Shown: positions 24,295 to 36,435 of the stretch, one piece after another
Numbering within the stretch: position 1 is the stretch's first letter
Layout: every line of letters begins with the position of its first letter
Origin: Obrimoposthia wandeli
Taxonomy: Eukaryota
Length of the DNA: 64,000 nt
Direction of reading: 5' to 3'
NCBI GenBank assembly: GCA_977020255.1
Contig: CDROCS010005160.1
Coordinates: 1-64,000 of the forward strand
The notes under the pieces: generated by a model
Seen by the model: only the letters and a program-made list of their open reading frames with translations
What the model was told of the DNA's origin: nothing
Database searches by the model: none
Position numbers and translations under genes: made by a program

Positions 24295-25245
24295 TGCAGT
24301 GGGTGAAGTGGTTTTGAGTTAGGACTCGGTTGAGGGTTGGTATGTTGTGTGATATTTACACAAAAGTGGCTGTGTCCTGTCGTTCTGCCACACAGAAGAA
24401 CAACCAACACTCTCTCAGTTTTCTATAACAATATTCCACTCGTACAACTACGTCCGCTTGGTTTGGTTCGATCATGATGTACTTTGTGAGTTGTCTTCTG
24501 CATACGGGGCAACAAAGTATGTTGGATGAGATAACTCTCCATAACTTATGATACATTTTGATATACATTCCTCGTGTTATAGGTGGTTGCAGGCATTGGG
24601 TCTTGCTCTTAGTACATTGTCAGAGTATAAAATAATCGCCATCAATGGAAAAAAATATTTTCAACTGGAAATATTTTATATAAACGATGTGGACAACTCC
24701 ATTGCGATTATATTGTGCCGCTGTATTGTTCTGCTGATTTACGTTGTATATGGACACTTACAGTTTATAATAATTCATTTTAAATTGAAAAAGTCAATTC
24801 AAAACAGAAATGAACATCTTATACGTGACATAAAAAGAAAAGCTCTACAAAATAAGTTGATTGAATTAAGCACTGAATTAAGAGAAAGTGAACAACATTT
24901 CAAACTTTTAAGAAAAATATAATTGAAAAAGTCAATTCAAAAAATTTGAGTTCTTAACAGAAGTTGAATTACTGTATGGCCTACCCTTATTTGTCTCAAT
25001 AAATTGAGGTCATTGCGTGAATTGTCAAAATCAAAGGAAATCTTCAGTTAAATAGTAAATTAGATTCAGTAATAAAAATATATGTCCGATATGAACGCCT
25101 ATTTCCGAAGCAATACTTATTTGGCAACTTACTGATGCGCTTTACTATTCGCACAACCTATAAAAGGTCACTAAATCTTTGTATCGCACCTAAATTAATC
25201 AAGTGTCATTATCCTATTGTTGGGGTTTCTATTTGAAACTCTTAT

Positions 25246-25563
25246 TCAAGTAGATCTTCGTATGGAGGCCCCAAACACCAGTTCTGTAGCGATAGGGCTT
25301 ACATAGAGATGTGGTCTACCTGTTCTATTCTTGTTTAATTGTACGATCTTTCCATCTGTGTGGTTGTGTTCTCGATTTACGATGTGGTACATCGAGAATG
25401 TTGCCCTGCACATTGGACAGGATGGGAAGTCGAGGGACTTGGTGCTGTTGGCAATGGGTATCCAGGTCTTGAGGCAGTGAATGTGGAATTGGTGGCCGCA
25501 GATGTTAGGCTCTGCAAGCCAGTTCCAGATTGTCTTGTAACAGACGGAATATTCTCCAGACAT
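25246..25563 (-). CDS. RING-B 105 aa copy
   Basis: Identical protein. Confidence 0.55.
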   Translation of the reverse strand: MSGEYSVCYKTIWNWLAEPNICGHQFHIHCLKTWIPIANSTKSLDFPSCPMCRATFSMYHIVNREHNHTDGKIVQLNKNRTGRPHLYVSPIATELVFGASIRRST

Positions 25564-26511
25564 TGCAGTGGGTGAAGTGGTTTTGAGTTAGGACTCGGTT
25601 GAGGGTTGGTATGTTGTGTGATATTTACACAAAAGTGGCTGTGTCCTGTCGTTCTGCCACACAGAAGAACAACCAACACTCTCTCAGTTTTCTATAACAA
25701 TATTCCACTCGTACAACTACGTCCGCTTGGTTTGGTTCGATCATGATGTACTTTGTGAGTTGTCTTCTGCATACGGGGCAACAAAGTATGTTGGATGAGA
25801 TAACTCTCCATAACTTATGATACATTTTGATATACATTCCTCGTGTTATAGGTGGTTGCAGGCATTGGGTCTTGCTCTTAGTACATTGTCAGAGTATAAA
25901 ATAATCGCCATCAATGGAAAAAATATTTTCAACTGGAAATATTTTATATAAACGATGTGGACAACTCCATTGCGATTATATTGTGCCGCTGTATTGTTCT
26001 GCTGATTTACGTTGTATATGGACACTTACAGTTTATAATAATTCATTTTAAATTGAAAAAGTCAATTCAAAACAGAAATGAACATCTTATACGTGACATA
26101 AAAAGAAAAGCTCTACAAAATAAGTTGATTGAATTAAGCACTGAATTAAGAGAAAGTGAACAACATTTCAAACTTTTAAGAAAAATATAATTGAAAAAGT
26201 CAATTCAAAAAATGAGTTCTTAACAGAAGTTGAATTACTGTATGGCCTACCCTTATTTGTCTCAATAAATTGAGGTCATTGCGTGAATTGTCAAAATCAA
26301 AGGAAATCTTCAGTTAAATAGTAAATTAGATTCAGTAATAAAAATATATGTCCGATATGAACGCCTATTTCCGAAGCAATACTTATTTGGCAACTTACTG
26401 ATGCGCTTTACTATTCGCACAACCTATAAAAGGTCACTAAATCTTTGTATCGCACCTAAATTAATCAAGTGTCATTATCCTATTGTTGGGGTTTCTATTT
26501 GAAACTCTTAT

Positions 26512-26829
26512 TCAAGTAGATCTTCGTATGGAGGCCCCAAACACCAGTTCTGTAGCGATAGGGCTTACATAGAGATGTGGTCTACCTGTTCTATTCTTGT
26601 TTAATTGTACGATCTTTCCATCTGTGTGGTTGTGTTCTCGATTTACGATGTGGTACATCGAGAATGTTGCCCTGCACATTGGACAGGATGGGAAGTCGAG
26701 GGACTTGGTGCTGTTGGCAATGGGTATCCAGGTCTTGAGGCAGTGAATGTGGAATTGGTGGCCGCAGATGTTAGGCTCTGCAAGCCAGTTCCAGATTGTC
26801 TTGTAACAGACGGAATATTCTCCAGACAT
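26512..26829 (-). CDS. RING-B 105 aa copy
   Basis: Identical protein. Confidence 0.55.
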   Translation of the reverse strand: MSGEYSVCYKTIWNWLAEPNICGHQFHIHCLKTWIPIANSTKSLDFPSCPMCRATFSMYHIVNREHNHTDGKIVQLNKNRTGRPHLYVSPIATELVFGASIRRST

Positions 26830-27780
26830 TGCAGTGGGTGAAGTGGTTTTGAGTTAGGACTCGGTTGAGGGTTGGTATGTTGTGTGATATTTACACAAAA
26901 GTGGCTGTGTCCTGTCGTTCTGCCACACAGAAGAACAACCAACACTCTCTCAGTTTTCTATAACAATATTCCACTCGTACAACTACGTCCGCTTGGTTTG
27001 GTTCGATCATGATGTACTTTGTGAGTTGTCTTCTGCATACGGGGCAACAAAGTATGTTGGATGAGATAACTCTCCATAACTTATGATACATTTTGATATA
27101 CATTCCTCGTGTTATAGGTGGTTGCAGGCATTGGGTCTTGCTCTTCGTACATTGTCAGAGTATAAAATAATCGCCATCAATGGAAAAAAATATTTTCAAC
27201 TGGAAATATTTTATATAAACGATGTGGACAACTCCATTGCGATTATATTGTGCCGCTGTATTGTTCTGCTGATTTACGTTGTATATGGACACTTACAGTT
27301 TATAATAATTCATTTTAAATTGAAAAAGTCAATTCAAAACAGAAATGAACATCTTATACGTGACATAAAAAGAAAAGCTCTACAAAATAAGTTGATTGAA
27401 TTAAGCACTGAATTAAGAGAAAGTGAACAACATTTCAAACTTTTAAGAAAAATATAATTGAAAAAGTCAATTCAAAAAATTTGAGTTCTTAACAGAAGTT
27501 GAATTACTGTATGGCCTACCCTTATTTGTCTCAATAAATTGAGGTCATTGCGTGAATTGTCAAAATCAAAGGAAATCTTCAGTTAAATAGTAAATTAGAT
27601 TCAGTAATAAAAATATATGTCCGATATGAACGCCTATTTCCGAAGCAATACTTATTTGGCAACTTACTGATGCGCTTTACTATTCGCACAACCTATAAAA
27701 GGTCACTAAATCTTTGTATCGCACCTAAATTAATCAAGTGTCATTATCCTATTGTTGGGGTTTCTATTTGAAACTCTTAT

Positions 27781-28098
27781 TCAAGTAGATCTTCGTATGG
27801 AGGCCCCAAACACCAGTTCTGTAGCGATAGGGCTTACATAGAGATGTGGTCTACCTGTTCTATTCTTGTTTAATTGTACGATCTTTCCATCTGTGTGGTT
27901 GTGTTCTCGATTTACGATGTGGTACATCGAGAATGTTGCCCTGCACATTGGACAGGATGGGAAGTCGAGGGACTTGGTGCTGTTGGCAATGGGTATCCAG
28001 GTCTTGAGGCAGTGAATGTGGAATTGGTGGCCGCAGATGTTAGGCTCTGCAAGCCAGTTCCAGATTGTCTTGTAACAGACGGAATATTCTCCAGACAT
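27781..28098 (-). CDS. RING-B 105 aa copy
   Basis: Identical protein. Confidence 0.55.
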   Translation of the reverse strand: MSGEYSVCYKTIWNWLAEPNICGHQFHIHCLKTWIPIANSTKSLDFPSCPMCRATFSMYHIVNREHNHTDGKIVQLNKNRTGRPHLYVSPIATELVFGASIRRST

Positions 28099-29049
28099 TG
28101 CAGTGGGTGAAGTGGTTTTGAGTTAGGACTCGGTTGAGGGTTGGTATGTTGTGTGATATTTACACAAAAGTGGCTGTGTCCTGTCGTTCTGCCACACAGA
28201 AGAACAACCAACACTCTCTCAGTTTTCTATAACAATATTCCACTCGTACAACTACGTCCGCTTGGTTTGGTTCGATCATGATGTACTTTGTGAGTTGTCT
28301 TCTGCATACGGGGCAACAAAGTATGTTGGATGAGATAACTCTCCATAACTTATGATACATTTTGATATACATTCCTCATGTTATAGGTGGTTGCAGGCAT
28401 TGGGTCTTGCTCTTCGTACATTGTCAGAGTATAAAATAATCGCCATCAATGGAAAAAAATATTTTCAACTGGAAATATTTTATATAAACGATGTGGACAA
28501 CTCCATTGCGATTATATTGTGCCGCTGGATTGTTCTGCTGATTTACGTTGTATATGGACACTTACAGTTTATAATAATTCATTTTAAATTGAAAAAGTCA
28601 ATTCAAAACAGAAATGAACATCTTATACGTGACATAAAAAGAAAAGCTCTACAAAATAAGTTGATTGAATTAAGCACTGAATTAAGAGAAAGTGAACAAC
28701 ATTTCAAACTTTTAAGAAAAATATAATTGAAAAAGTCAATTCAAAAAATTTGAGTTCTTAACAGAAGTTGAATTACTGTATGGCCTACCCTTATTTGTCT
28801 CAATAAATTGAGGTCATTGCGTGAATTGTCAAAATCAAAGGAAATCTTCAGTTAAATAGTAAATTAGATTCAGTAATAAAAATATATGTCCGATATGAAC
28901 GCCTATTTCCGAAGCAATACTTATTTGGCAACTTACTGATGCGCTTTACTATTCGCACAACCTATAAAAGGTCACTAAATCTTTGTATCGCACCTAAATT
29001 AATCAAGTGTCATTATCCTATTGTTGGGGTTTCTATTTGAAACTCTTAT

Positions 29050-29367
29050 TCAAGTAGATCTTCGTATGGAGGCCCCAAACACCAGTTCTGTAGCGATAGG
29101 GCTTACATAGAGATGTGGTCTACCTGTTCTATTCTTGTTTAATTGTACGATCTTTCCATCTGTGTGGTTGTGTTCTCGATTTACGATGTGGTACATCGAG
29201 AATGTTGCCCTGCACATTGGACAGGATGGGAAGTCGAGGGACTTGGTGCTGTTGGCAATGGGTATCCAGGTCTTGAGGCAGTGAATGTGGAATTGGTGGC
29301 CGCAGATGTTAGGCTCTGCAAGCCAGTTCCAGATTGTCTTGTAACAGACGGAATATTCTCCAGACAT
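29050..29367 (-). CDS. RING-B 105 aa copy
   Basis: Identical protein. Confidence 0.55.
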   Translation of the reverse strand: MSGEYSVCYKTIWNWLAEPNICGHQFHIHCLKTWIPIANSTKSLDFPSCPMCRATFSMYHIVNREHNHTDGKIVQLNKNRTGRPHLYVSPIATELVFGASIRRST

Positions 29368-30316
29368 TGCAGTGGGTGAAGTGGTTTTGAGTTAGGACTC
29401 GGTTGAGGGTTGGTATGTTGTGTGATATTTACACAAAAGTGGCTGTGTCCTGTCGTTCTGCCACACAGAAGAACAACCAACACTCTCTCAGTTTTCTATA
29501 ACAATATTCCACTCGTACAACTACGTCCGCTTGGTTTGGTTCGATCATGATGTACTTTGTGAGTTGTCTTCTGCATACGGGGCAACAAAGTATGTTGGAT
29601 GAGATAACTCTCCATAACTTATGATACATTTTGATATACATTCCTCGTGTTATAGGTGGTTGCAGGCATTGGGTCTTGCTCTTCGTACATTGTCAGAGTA
29701 TAAAATAATCGCCATCAATGGAAAAAAATATTTTCAACTGGAAATATTTTATATAAACGATGTGGACAACTCCATTGCGATTATATTGTGCCGCTGTATT
29801 GTTCTGCTGATTTACGTTGTATATGGACACTTACAGTTTATAATAATTCATTTTAAATTGAAAAAGTCAATTCAAAACAGAAATGAACATCTTATACGTG
29901 ACATAAAAAGAAAAGCTCTACAAAATAAGTTGATTGAATTAAGCACTGAATTAAGAGAAAGTGAACAACATTTCAAACTTTTAAGAAAAATATAATTGAA
30001 AAAGTCAATTCAAAAAATGAGTTCTTAACAGAAGTTGAATTACTGTATGGCCTACCCTTATTTGTCTCAATAAATTGAGGTCATTGCGTGAATTGTCAAA
30101 ATCAAAGGAAATCTTCAGTTAAATAGTAAATTAGATTCAGTAATAAAAATATATGTCCGATATGAACGCCTATTTCCGAAGCAATACTTATTTGGCAACT
30201 TACTGATGCGCTTTACTATTCGCACAACCTATAAAAGGTCACTAAATCTTTGTATCGCACCCAAATTAATCAAGTGTCATTATCCTATTGTTGGGGTTTC
30301 TATTTGAAACTCTTAT

Positions 30317-30634
30317 TCAAGTAGATCTTCGTATGGAGGCCCCAAACACCAGTTCTGTAGCGATAGGGCTTACATAGAGATGTGGTCTACCTGTTCTATT
30401 CTTGTTTAATTGTACGATCTTTCCATCTGTGTGGTTGTGTTCTCGATTTACGATGTGGTACATCGAGAATGTTGCCCTGCACATTGGACAGGATGGGAAG
30501 TCGAGGGACTTGGTGCTGTTGGCAATGGGTATCCAGGTCTTGAGGCAGTGAATGTGGAATTGGTGGCCGCAGATGTTAGGCTCTGCAAGCCAGTTCCAGA
30601 TTGTCTTGTAACAGACGGAATATTCTCCAGACAT
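30317..30634 (-). CDS. RING-B 105 aa copy
   Basis: Identical protein; flanks carry the variant SNP haplotype. Confidence 0.55.
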   Translation of the reverse strand: MSGEYSVCYKTIWNWLAEPNICGHQFHIHCLKTWIPIANSTKSLDFPSCPMCRATFSMYHIVNREHNHTDGKIVQLNKNRTGRPHLYVSPIATELVFGASIRRST

Positions 30635-31264
30635 TGCAGTGGGTGAAGTGGTTTTGAGTTAGGACTCGGTTGAGGGTTGGTTTGTTGTGTGATGTTTACA
30701 CAAAAGTGGCTGTGTCCTGTCGTTCTGCTACACAGAAGAACAACCAACACTCTCTCAGTTTTCTATAACAATATTCCACTCGTACAACTACGTCCGCTTG
30801 GTTTGGTTCGATCATGATGTACTTTGTGAGTTGTCTTCTGCATACGGGGCAACAAAGTATGTTGGATGAGATAACTCTCCATAACTTATGATACATTTTG
30901 ATATACATTCCTCATGTTATAGGTGGTTGCAGGCATTGGGTCTTGCTCTTCGTACATTGTCAGAGTATAAAATAATCGCCATCAATGGAAAAAAATATTT
31001 TCAACTGGAAATATTTTATATAAACGATGTGGACAACTCCATTGCGATTATATTGTGCCGCTGGATTGTTCTGCTGATTTACGTTGTATATGGACACTTA
31101 CAGTTTATAATAATTCATTTTAAATTGAAAAAGTCAATTCAAAACAGAAATGAACATCTTATACGTGACATAAAAAGAAAAGCTCTACAAAATAAGTTGA
31201 TTGAATTAAGCACTGAATTAAGAGAAAGTGAACAACATTTCAAACTTTTAAGAAAAATATAATT

Positions 31265-31505
31265 GAAAATATCCTAAAGTCAATTCAAAAAAATGAGTTT
31301 AGTTCTTAACAGAAGTTATTAACTATATATCAACATTTATTTACAAAATGAATTACTGTATGGCCTACCTTATCTCAATAAATTGAAATAGGCTGATTGG
31401 TGAATATTTTAAAAATAAGTGTAAAATTAAACAAATTGTCAAAATCAAAATATTGTTCATTAAATAAACCACTGTTTAAATCTTTTAATTGTATTTCAGT
31501 TAAAA
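31265..31505. other. Mosaic of long-spacer fragments and short-unit start (probable consensus artefact)
   Basis: Spacer pieces (GAAAATATCCTAAAG; TTATTAACTATATATCAACATTTATTTACAAAATG; GTGAATATTTTAAAAATAAGTG; TTGTTCATTAAATAAACC) are interleaved, in their original order, with short-unit sequence. Period is 1,382 bp. Confidence 0.75.
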
Positions 31506-31698
31506 TAGTAAATTAGATTCAGTAATAAAAATATATGTCCGATATGAACGCCTATTTCCGAAGCAATACTTATTTGGCAACTTACTGATGCGCTTTACTA
31601 TTCGCACAACCTATAAAAGGTCACTAAATCTTTGTATCGCACCCAAATTAATCAAGTGTCATTATCCTATTGTTGGGGTTTCTATTTGAAACTCTTAT

Positions 31699-32016
31699 TC
31701 AAGTAGATCTTCGTATGGAGGCCCCAAACACCAGTTCTGTAGCGATAGGGCTTACATAGAGATGTGGTCTACCTGTTCTATTCTTGTTTAATTGTACGAT
31801 CTTTCCATCTGTGTGGTTGTGTTCTCGATTTACGATGTGGTACATCGAGAATGTTGCCCTGCACATTGGACAGGATGGGAAGTCGAGGGACTTGGTGCTA
31901 GTGGCAATGGGTATCCAGGTCTTGAGGCAGTGAATGTGGAATTGGTGGCCGCAGATGTTAGGCTCTGCAAGCCAGTTCCAGATTGTCTTGTAACAGACGG
32001 AATATTCTCCAGACAT
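31699..32016 (-). CDS. RING-B 105 aa copy (N-to-T variant, IPIATSTK)
   Basis: One substitution relative to consensus. Confidence 0.55.
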   Translation of the reverse strand: MSGEYSVCYKTIWNWLAEPNICGHQFHIHCLKTWIPIATSTKSLDFPSCPMCRATFSMYHIVNREHNHTDGKIVQLNKNRTGRPHLYVSPIATELVFGASIRRST

Positions 32017-32529
32017 TGCAGTGGGTGAAGTGGTTTTGAGTTAGGACTCGGTTGAGGGTTGGTTTGTTGTGTGATGTTTACACAAAAGTGGCTGTGTCCT
32101 GTCGTTCTGCTACACAGAAGAACAACCAACACTCTTTCAGTTTTCTATAACAATATTCCACTCGTACAACTACGTCCGCTTGGTTTGGTTCGATCATGAT
32201 GTACTTTGTGAGTTGTCTTCTGCATACGGGGCAACAAAGTATGTTGGATGAGATAACTCTCCATAACTTATGATACATTTTGATATACATTCCTCATGTT
32301 ATAGGTGGTTGCAGGCATTGGGTCTTGCTCTTCGTACATTGTCAGAGTATAAAATAATCGCCATCAATGGAAAAAAATATTTTCAACTGGAAATATTTTA
32401 TATAAACGATGTGGACAACTCCATTGCGATTATATTGTGCCGCTGGATTGTTCTGCTGATTTACGTTGTATATGGACACTTACAGTTTATAATAATTCAT
32501 TTTAAATTGAAAAAGTCAATTCAAAACAG

Positions 32530-32946
32530 AAATGAACATCTTATACGTGACATAAAAAGAAAAGCTCTACAAAATAAGTTGATTGAATTAAGCACTGAAT
32601 TAAGAGAAAGTGAACAACATTTCAAACTTTTAAGAAAAATATAATTTCTTATTTCCTGAAAATATCCTAAAGGTTCTATGGTTTCTTAAAATTTAATTTT
32701 TTTAATTTACCGATTTAATAAATTTCCCCATTTAGCTGGATTCTAGTTTATACTGGAACTTTCCTTAGCTTCAGAATAAAAAATTTACTAGTATTTAAAA
32801 ATATCAATCATATAGGTATGCTTACTAGAAATGAGTCATTATTAACTATATATCAACATTTATTTACAAAATGAAAACTTCTAACTGTAGTTATACGAAT
32901 GATCTGTCATTTGAATATTAACTTCTACAAACTACAATTATATTAA
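32530..32946 (+). pseudogene. Putative spliced gene fragment (coiled-coil exon, then hydrophobic segment), continuous only in the long unit
   Basis: Exon-like NEHLIRDIKRKALQNKLIELSTELRESEQHFKLLRKI(YNFLFPENILKVL). Candidate introns are 32681-32735 (GTTTCT..CATTTAG, 55 nt) and 32816-32890 (GTATGC..CTAACTGTAG, 75 nt). The frame needs ATATATAATTT as at 3047 and 6311; this copy lacks one TA. No family recognised. Confidence 0.3.
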
Positions 32947-33551
32947 TTTGAAATTTTACAAACTTTGTTTGTCAGATTCTCCTTCCTTTTTCACCTTAAG
33001 ATGAGAATTTGATTTATGTTCTTTATTCGAATATTTAGATTTGAAATAGGCTTCTAATTTCTTAATATCATCTATTGTTGGTTCTATTCTACTTAAACCT
33101 CTGTTAATCATTTCGATTTTGAATTTTATATTTATTAAATTTTATAAAGATTTAAGAAATTTTTTTTAATTGATCACGTGAATATTTTAAAAATAAGTGT
33201 GTAAAATTAAACATTCTGTATCTACAATCAGTAAATATCTTATTTTAAAATATAAAAGCCTGTTTATGAAGCCTATTTTTTTCATCCAAAATTTGTCTTA
33301 AAAATATATAAATTAAAATAATTTAAAACAATCCAATACCTCTAATAATTAATTGTTCATTAAATAAACCTCTGTTTATAATTCTAAAAAAGTTTAATTG
33401 TATTTCTTTTCAAAATATTGATGGTTAAAAATTAATTTCGTATATTTTTTTTATCGCAAGAATTCCTTATATTCTAAATCTTCCGGTCAATTTCAAATAT
33501 TATGTTGGAGCTAGCGTTGTTACACCTAATATGTAGACCTCTTCTACCCTT
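32646..33551. repeat. Long-unit AT-rich spacer (~906 bp, clean copy), absent from short units
   Basis: The period here is 2,153 bp rather than ~1,268 bp. The same segment occurs at 3056, 6321 and partially at 204. Confidence 0.92.
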
Positions 33552-33851
33552 ATGAGTTCTTAACAGAAGTTGAATTACTGTATGGCCTACCCTTATTTGT
33601 CTCAATAAATTGAGGTCATTGCGTGAATTGTCAAAATCAAAGGAAATCTTCAGTTAAATAGTAAATTAGATTCAGTAATAAAAATATATGTCCGATATGA
33701 ACGCCTATTTCCGAAGCAATACTTATTTGGCAACTTACTGATGCGCTTTACTATTCGCACAACCTATAAAAGGTCACTAAATCTTTGTATCGCACCCAAA
33801 TTAATCAAGTGTCATTATCCTATTGTTGGGGTTTCTATTTGAAACTCTTAT

Positions 33852-34169
33852 TCAAGTAGATCTTCGTATGGAGGCCCCAAACACCAGTTCTGTAGCGATA
33901 GGGCTTACATAGAGATGTGGTCTACCTGTTCTATTCTTGTTTAATTGTACGATCTTTCCATCTGTGTGGTTGTGTTCTCGATTTACGATGTGGTACATCG
34001 AGAATGTTGCCCTGCACATTGGACAGGATGGGAAGTCGAGGGACTTGGTGCTGTTGGCAATGGGTATCCAGGTCTTGAGGCAGTGAATGTGGAATTGGTG
34101 GCCGCAGATGTTAGGCTCTGCAAGCCAGTTCCAGATTGTCTTGTAACAGACGGAATATTCTCCAGACAT
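33852..34169 (-). CDS. RING-B 105 aa copy
   Basis: Identical protein; this unit follows the long spacer. Confidence 0.55.
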   Translation of the reverse strand: MSGEYSVCYKTIWNWLAEPNICGHQFHIHCLKTWIPIANSTKSLDFPSCPMCRATFSMYHIVNREHNHTDGKIVQLNKNRTGRPHLYVSPIATELVFGASIRRST

Positions 34170-34230
34170 TGCAGTGGGTGAAGTGGTTTTGAGTTAGGAC
34201 TCGGTTGAGGGTTGGTTTGTTGTGTGATGT

Positions 34231-34518
34231 TTACACAAAAGTGGCTGTGTCCTGTCGTTCTGCTACACAGAAGAACAACCAACACTCTTTCAGTTTTCTA
34301 TAACAATATTCCACTCGTACAACTACGTCCGCTTGGTTTGGTTCGATCATGATGTACTTTGTGAGTTGTCTTCTGCATACGGGGCAACAAAGTATGTTGG
34401 ATGAGATAACTCTCCATAACTTATGATACATTTTGATATACATTCCTCATGTTATAGGTGGTTGCAGGCATTGGGTCTTGCTCTTCGTACATTGTCAGAG
34501 TATAAAATAATCGCCATC
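34231..34518 (-). pseudogene. Degenerate RING-A copy in the post-long-spacer variant unit
   Basis: Same broken C-x-H-x2-H-x2-C ... CPVC motif as 12947-13233. Confidence 0.65.
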
Positions 34519-34795
34519 AATGGAAAAAAATATTTTCAACTGGAAATATTTTATCTAAACGATGTGGACAACTCCATTGCGATTATATTGTGCCGCTGGA
34601 TTGTTCTGCTGATTTACGTTGTATATGGACACTTACAGTTTATAATAATTCATTTTAAATTGAAAAAGTCAATTCAAAACAGAAATGAACATCTTATACG
34701 TGACATAAAAAGAAAAGCTCTACAAAATAAGTTGATTGAATTAAGCACTGAATTAAGAGAAAGTGAACAACATTTCAAACTTTTAAGAAAAATAT

Positions 34796-34823
34796 AATTG
34801 AAAAAGTCAATTCAAAAAAATGA
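34796..34823 (+). other. Short-unit junction: 20-nt templated insert between AATT and ATGA microhomologies (representative copy)
   Basis: Junction AATT-GAAAAAGTCAATTCAAAAAA-ATGA copies AATTGAAAAAGTCAATTCAAAACAGAAATGA at 34658-34687. Confidence 0.8.
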
Positions 34824-35119
34824 GTTCTTAACAGAAGTTGAATTACTGTATGGCCTACCCTTATTTGTCTCAATAAATTGAGGTCATTGCGTGAATTGTC
34901 AAAATCAAAGGAAATCTTCAGTTAAATAGTAAATTAGATTCAGTAATAAAAATATATGTCCGATATGAACGCCTATTTCCGAAGCAATACTTATTTGGCA
35001 ACTTACTGATGCGCTTTACTATTCGCACAACCTATAAAAGGTCACTAAATCTTTGTATCGCACCCAAATTAATCAAGTGTCATTATCCTATTGTTGGGGT
35101 TTCTATTTGAAACTCTTAT

Positions 35120-35437
35120 TCAAGTAGATCTTCGTATGGAGGCCCCAAACACCAGTTCTGTAGCGATAGGGCTTACATAGAGATGTGGTCTACCTGTTCT
35201 ATTCTTGTTTAATTGTACGATCTTTCCATCTGTGTGGTTGTGTTCTCGATTTACGATGTGGTACATCGAGAATGTTGCCCTGCACATTGGACAGGATGGG
35301 AAGTCGAGGGACTTGGTGCTGTTGGCAATGGGTATCCAGGTCTTGAGGCAGTGAATGTGGAATTGGTGGCCGCAGATGTTAGGCTCTGCAAGCCAGTTCC
35401 AGATTGTCTTGTAACAGACGGAATATTCTCCAGACAT
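35120..35437 (-). CDS. RING-B 105 aa copy
   Basis: Identical protein. Confidence 0.55.
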   Translation of the reverse strand: MSGEYSVCYKTIWNWLAEPNICGHQFHIHCLKTWIPIANSTKSLDFPSCPMCRATFSMYHIVNREHNHTDGKIVQLNKNRTGRPHLYVSPIATELVFGASIRRST

Positions 35438-36123
35438 TGCAGTGGGTGAAGTGGTTTTGAGTTAGGACTCGGTTGAGGGTTGGTTTGTTGTGTGATGTTT
35501 ACACAAAAGTGGCTGTGTCCTGTCGTTCTGCCACACAGGAGAACAACCAACACTCTCTCAGTTTTCTATAACAATATTCCACTCGTACAACTACGTCCGC
35601 TTGGTTTGGTTCGATCATGATGTACTTTGTGAGTTGTCTTCTGCATACGGGGCAACAAAGTATGTTGGATGAGATAACTCTCCATAACTTATGATACATT
35701 TTGATATACATTCCTCATGTTATAGGTGGTTGCAGGCATTGGGTCTTGCTCTTCGTACATTGTCAGAGTATAAAATAATCGCCATCAATGGAAAAAAATA
35801 TTTTCAACTGGAAATATTTTATATAAACGATGTGGACAACTCCATTGCGATTATATTGTGCCGCTGGATTGTTCTGCTGATTTACGTTGTATATGGACAC
35901 TTACAGTTTATAATAATTCATTTTAAATTGAAAAAGTCAATTCAAAACAGAAATGAACATCTTATACGTGACATAAAAAGAAAAGCTCTACAAAATAAGT
36001 TGATTGAATTAAGCACTGAATTAAGAGAAAGTGAACAACATTTCAAACTTTTAAGAAAAATATAATTGAAAAAGTCAATTCAAAAAATGAGTTCTTAACA
36101 GAAGTTGAATTACTGTATGGCCT

Positions 36124-36258
36124 ACTTCCTTATTTAATTTGAAATCTCAATAAATTGATTTATGTTCTTTATTCGTCATTTCTTAATATCATCTATTGCG
36201 TGAATTGTCAAAATCAAAGGAAATCTTCAGTTAAATAGTAAATTAGATTCAAAATATT
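36124..36258. other. Small mosaic of long-spacer fragments in a short unit (probable consensus artefact)
   Basis: Inserted TTGATTTATGTTCTTTATTCG and TTTCTTAATATCATCTATTG come from the long spacer. Period is 1,316 bp. Confidence 0.7.
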
Positions 36259-36435
36259 GTAATAAAAATATATGTCCGATATGAACGCCTATTTCCGAAG
36301 CAATACTTATTTGGCAACTTACTGATGCGCTTTACTATTCGCACAACCTATAAAAGGTCACTAAATCTTTGTATCGCACCCAAATTAATCAAGTGTCATT
36401 ATCCTATTGTTGGGGTTTCTATTTGAAACTCTTAT

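Noticed and set aside
33173-33180. TCACGTGA palindrome (E-box/CLEAR-like) in the long spacer; GTAAG late-promoter-like motif and short hairpins elsewhere in the unit
   Set aside because: These are single short motifs expected by chance, with no supporting context.
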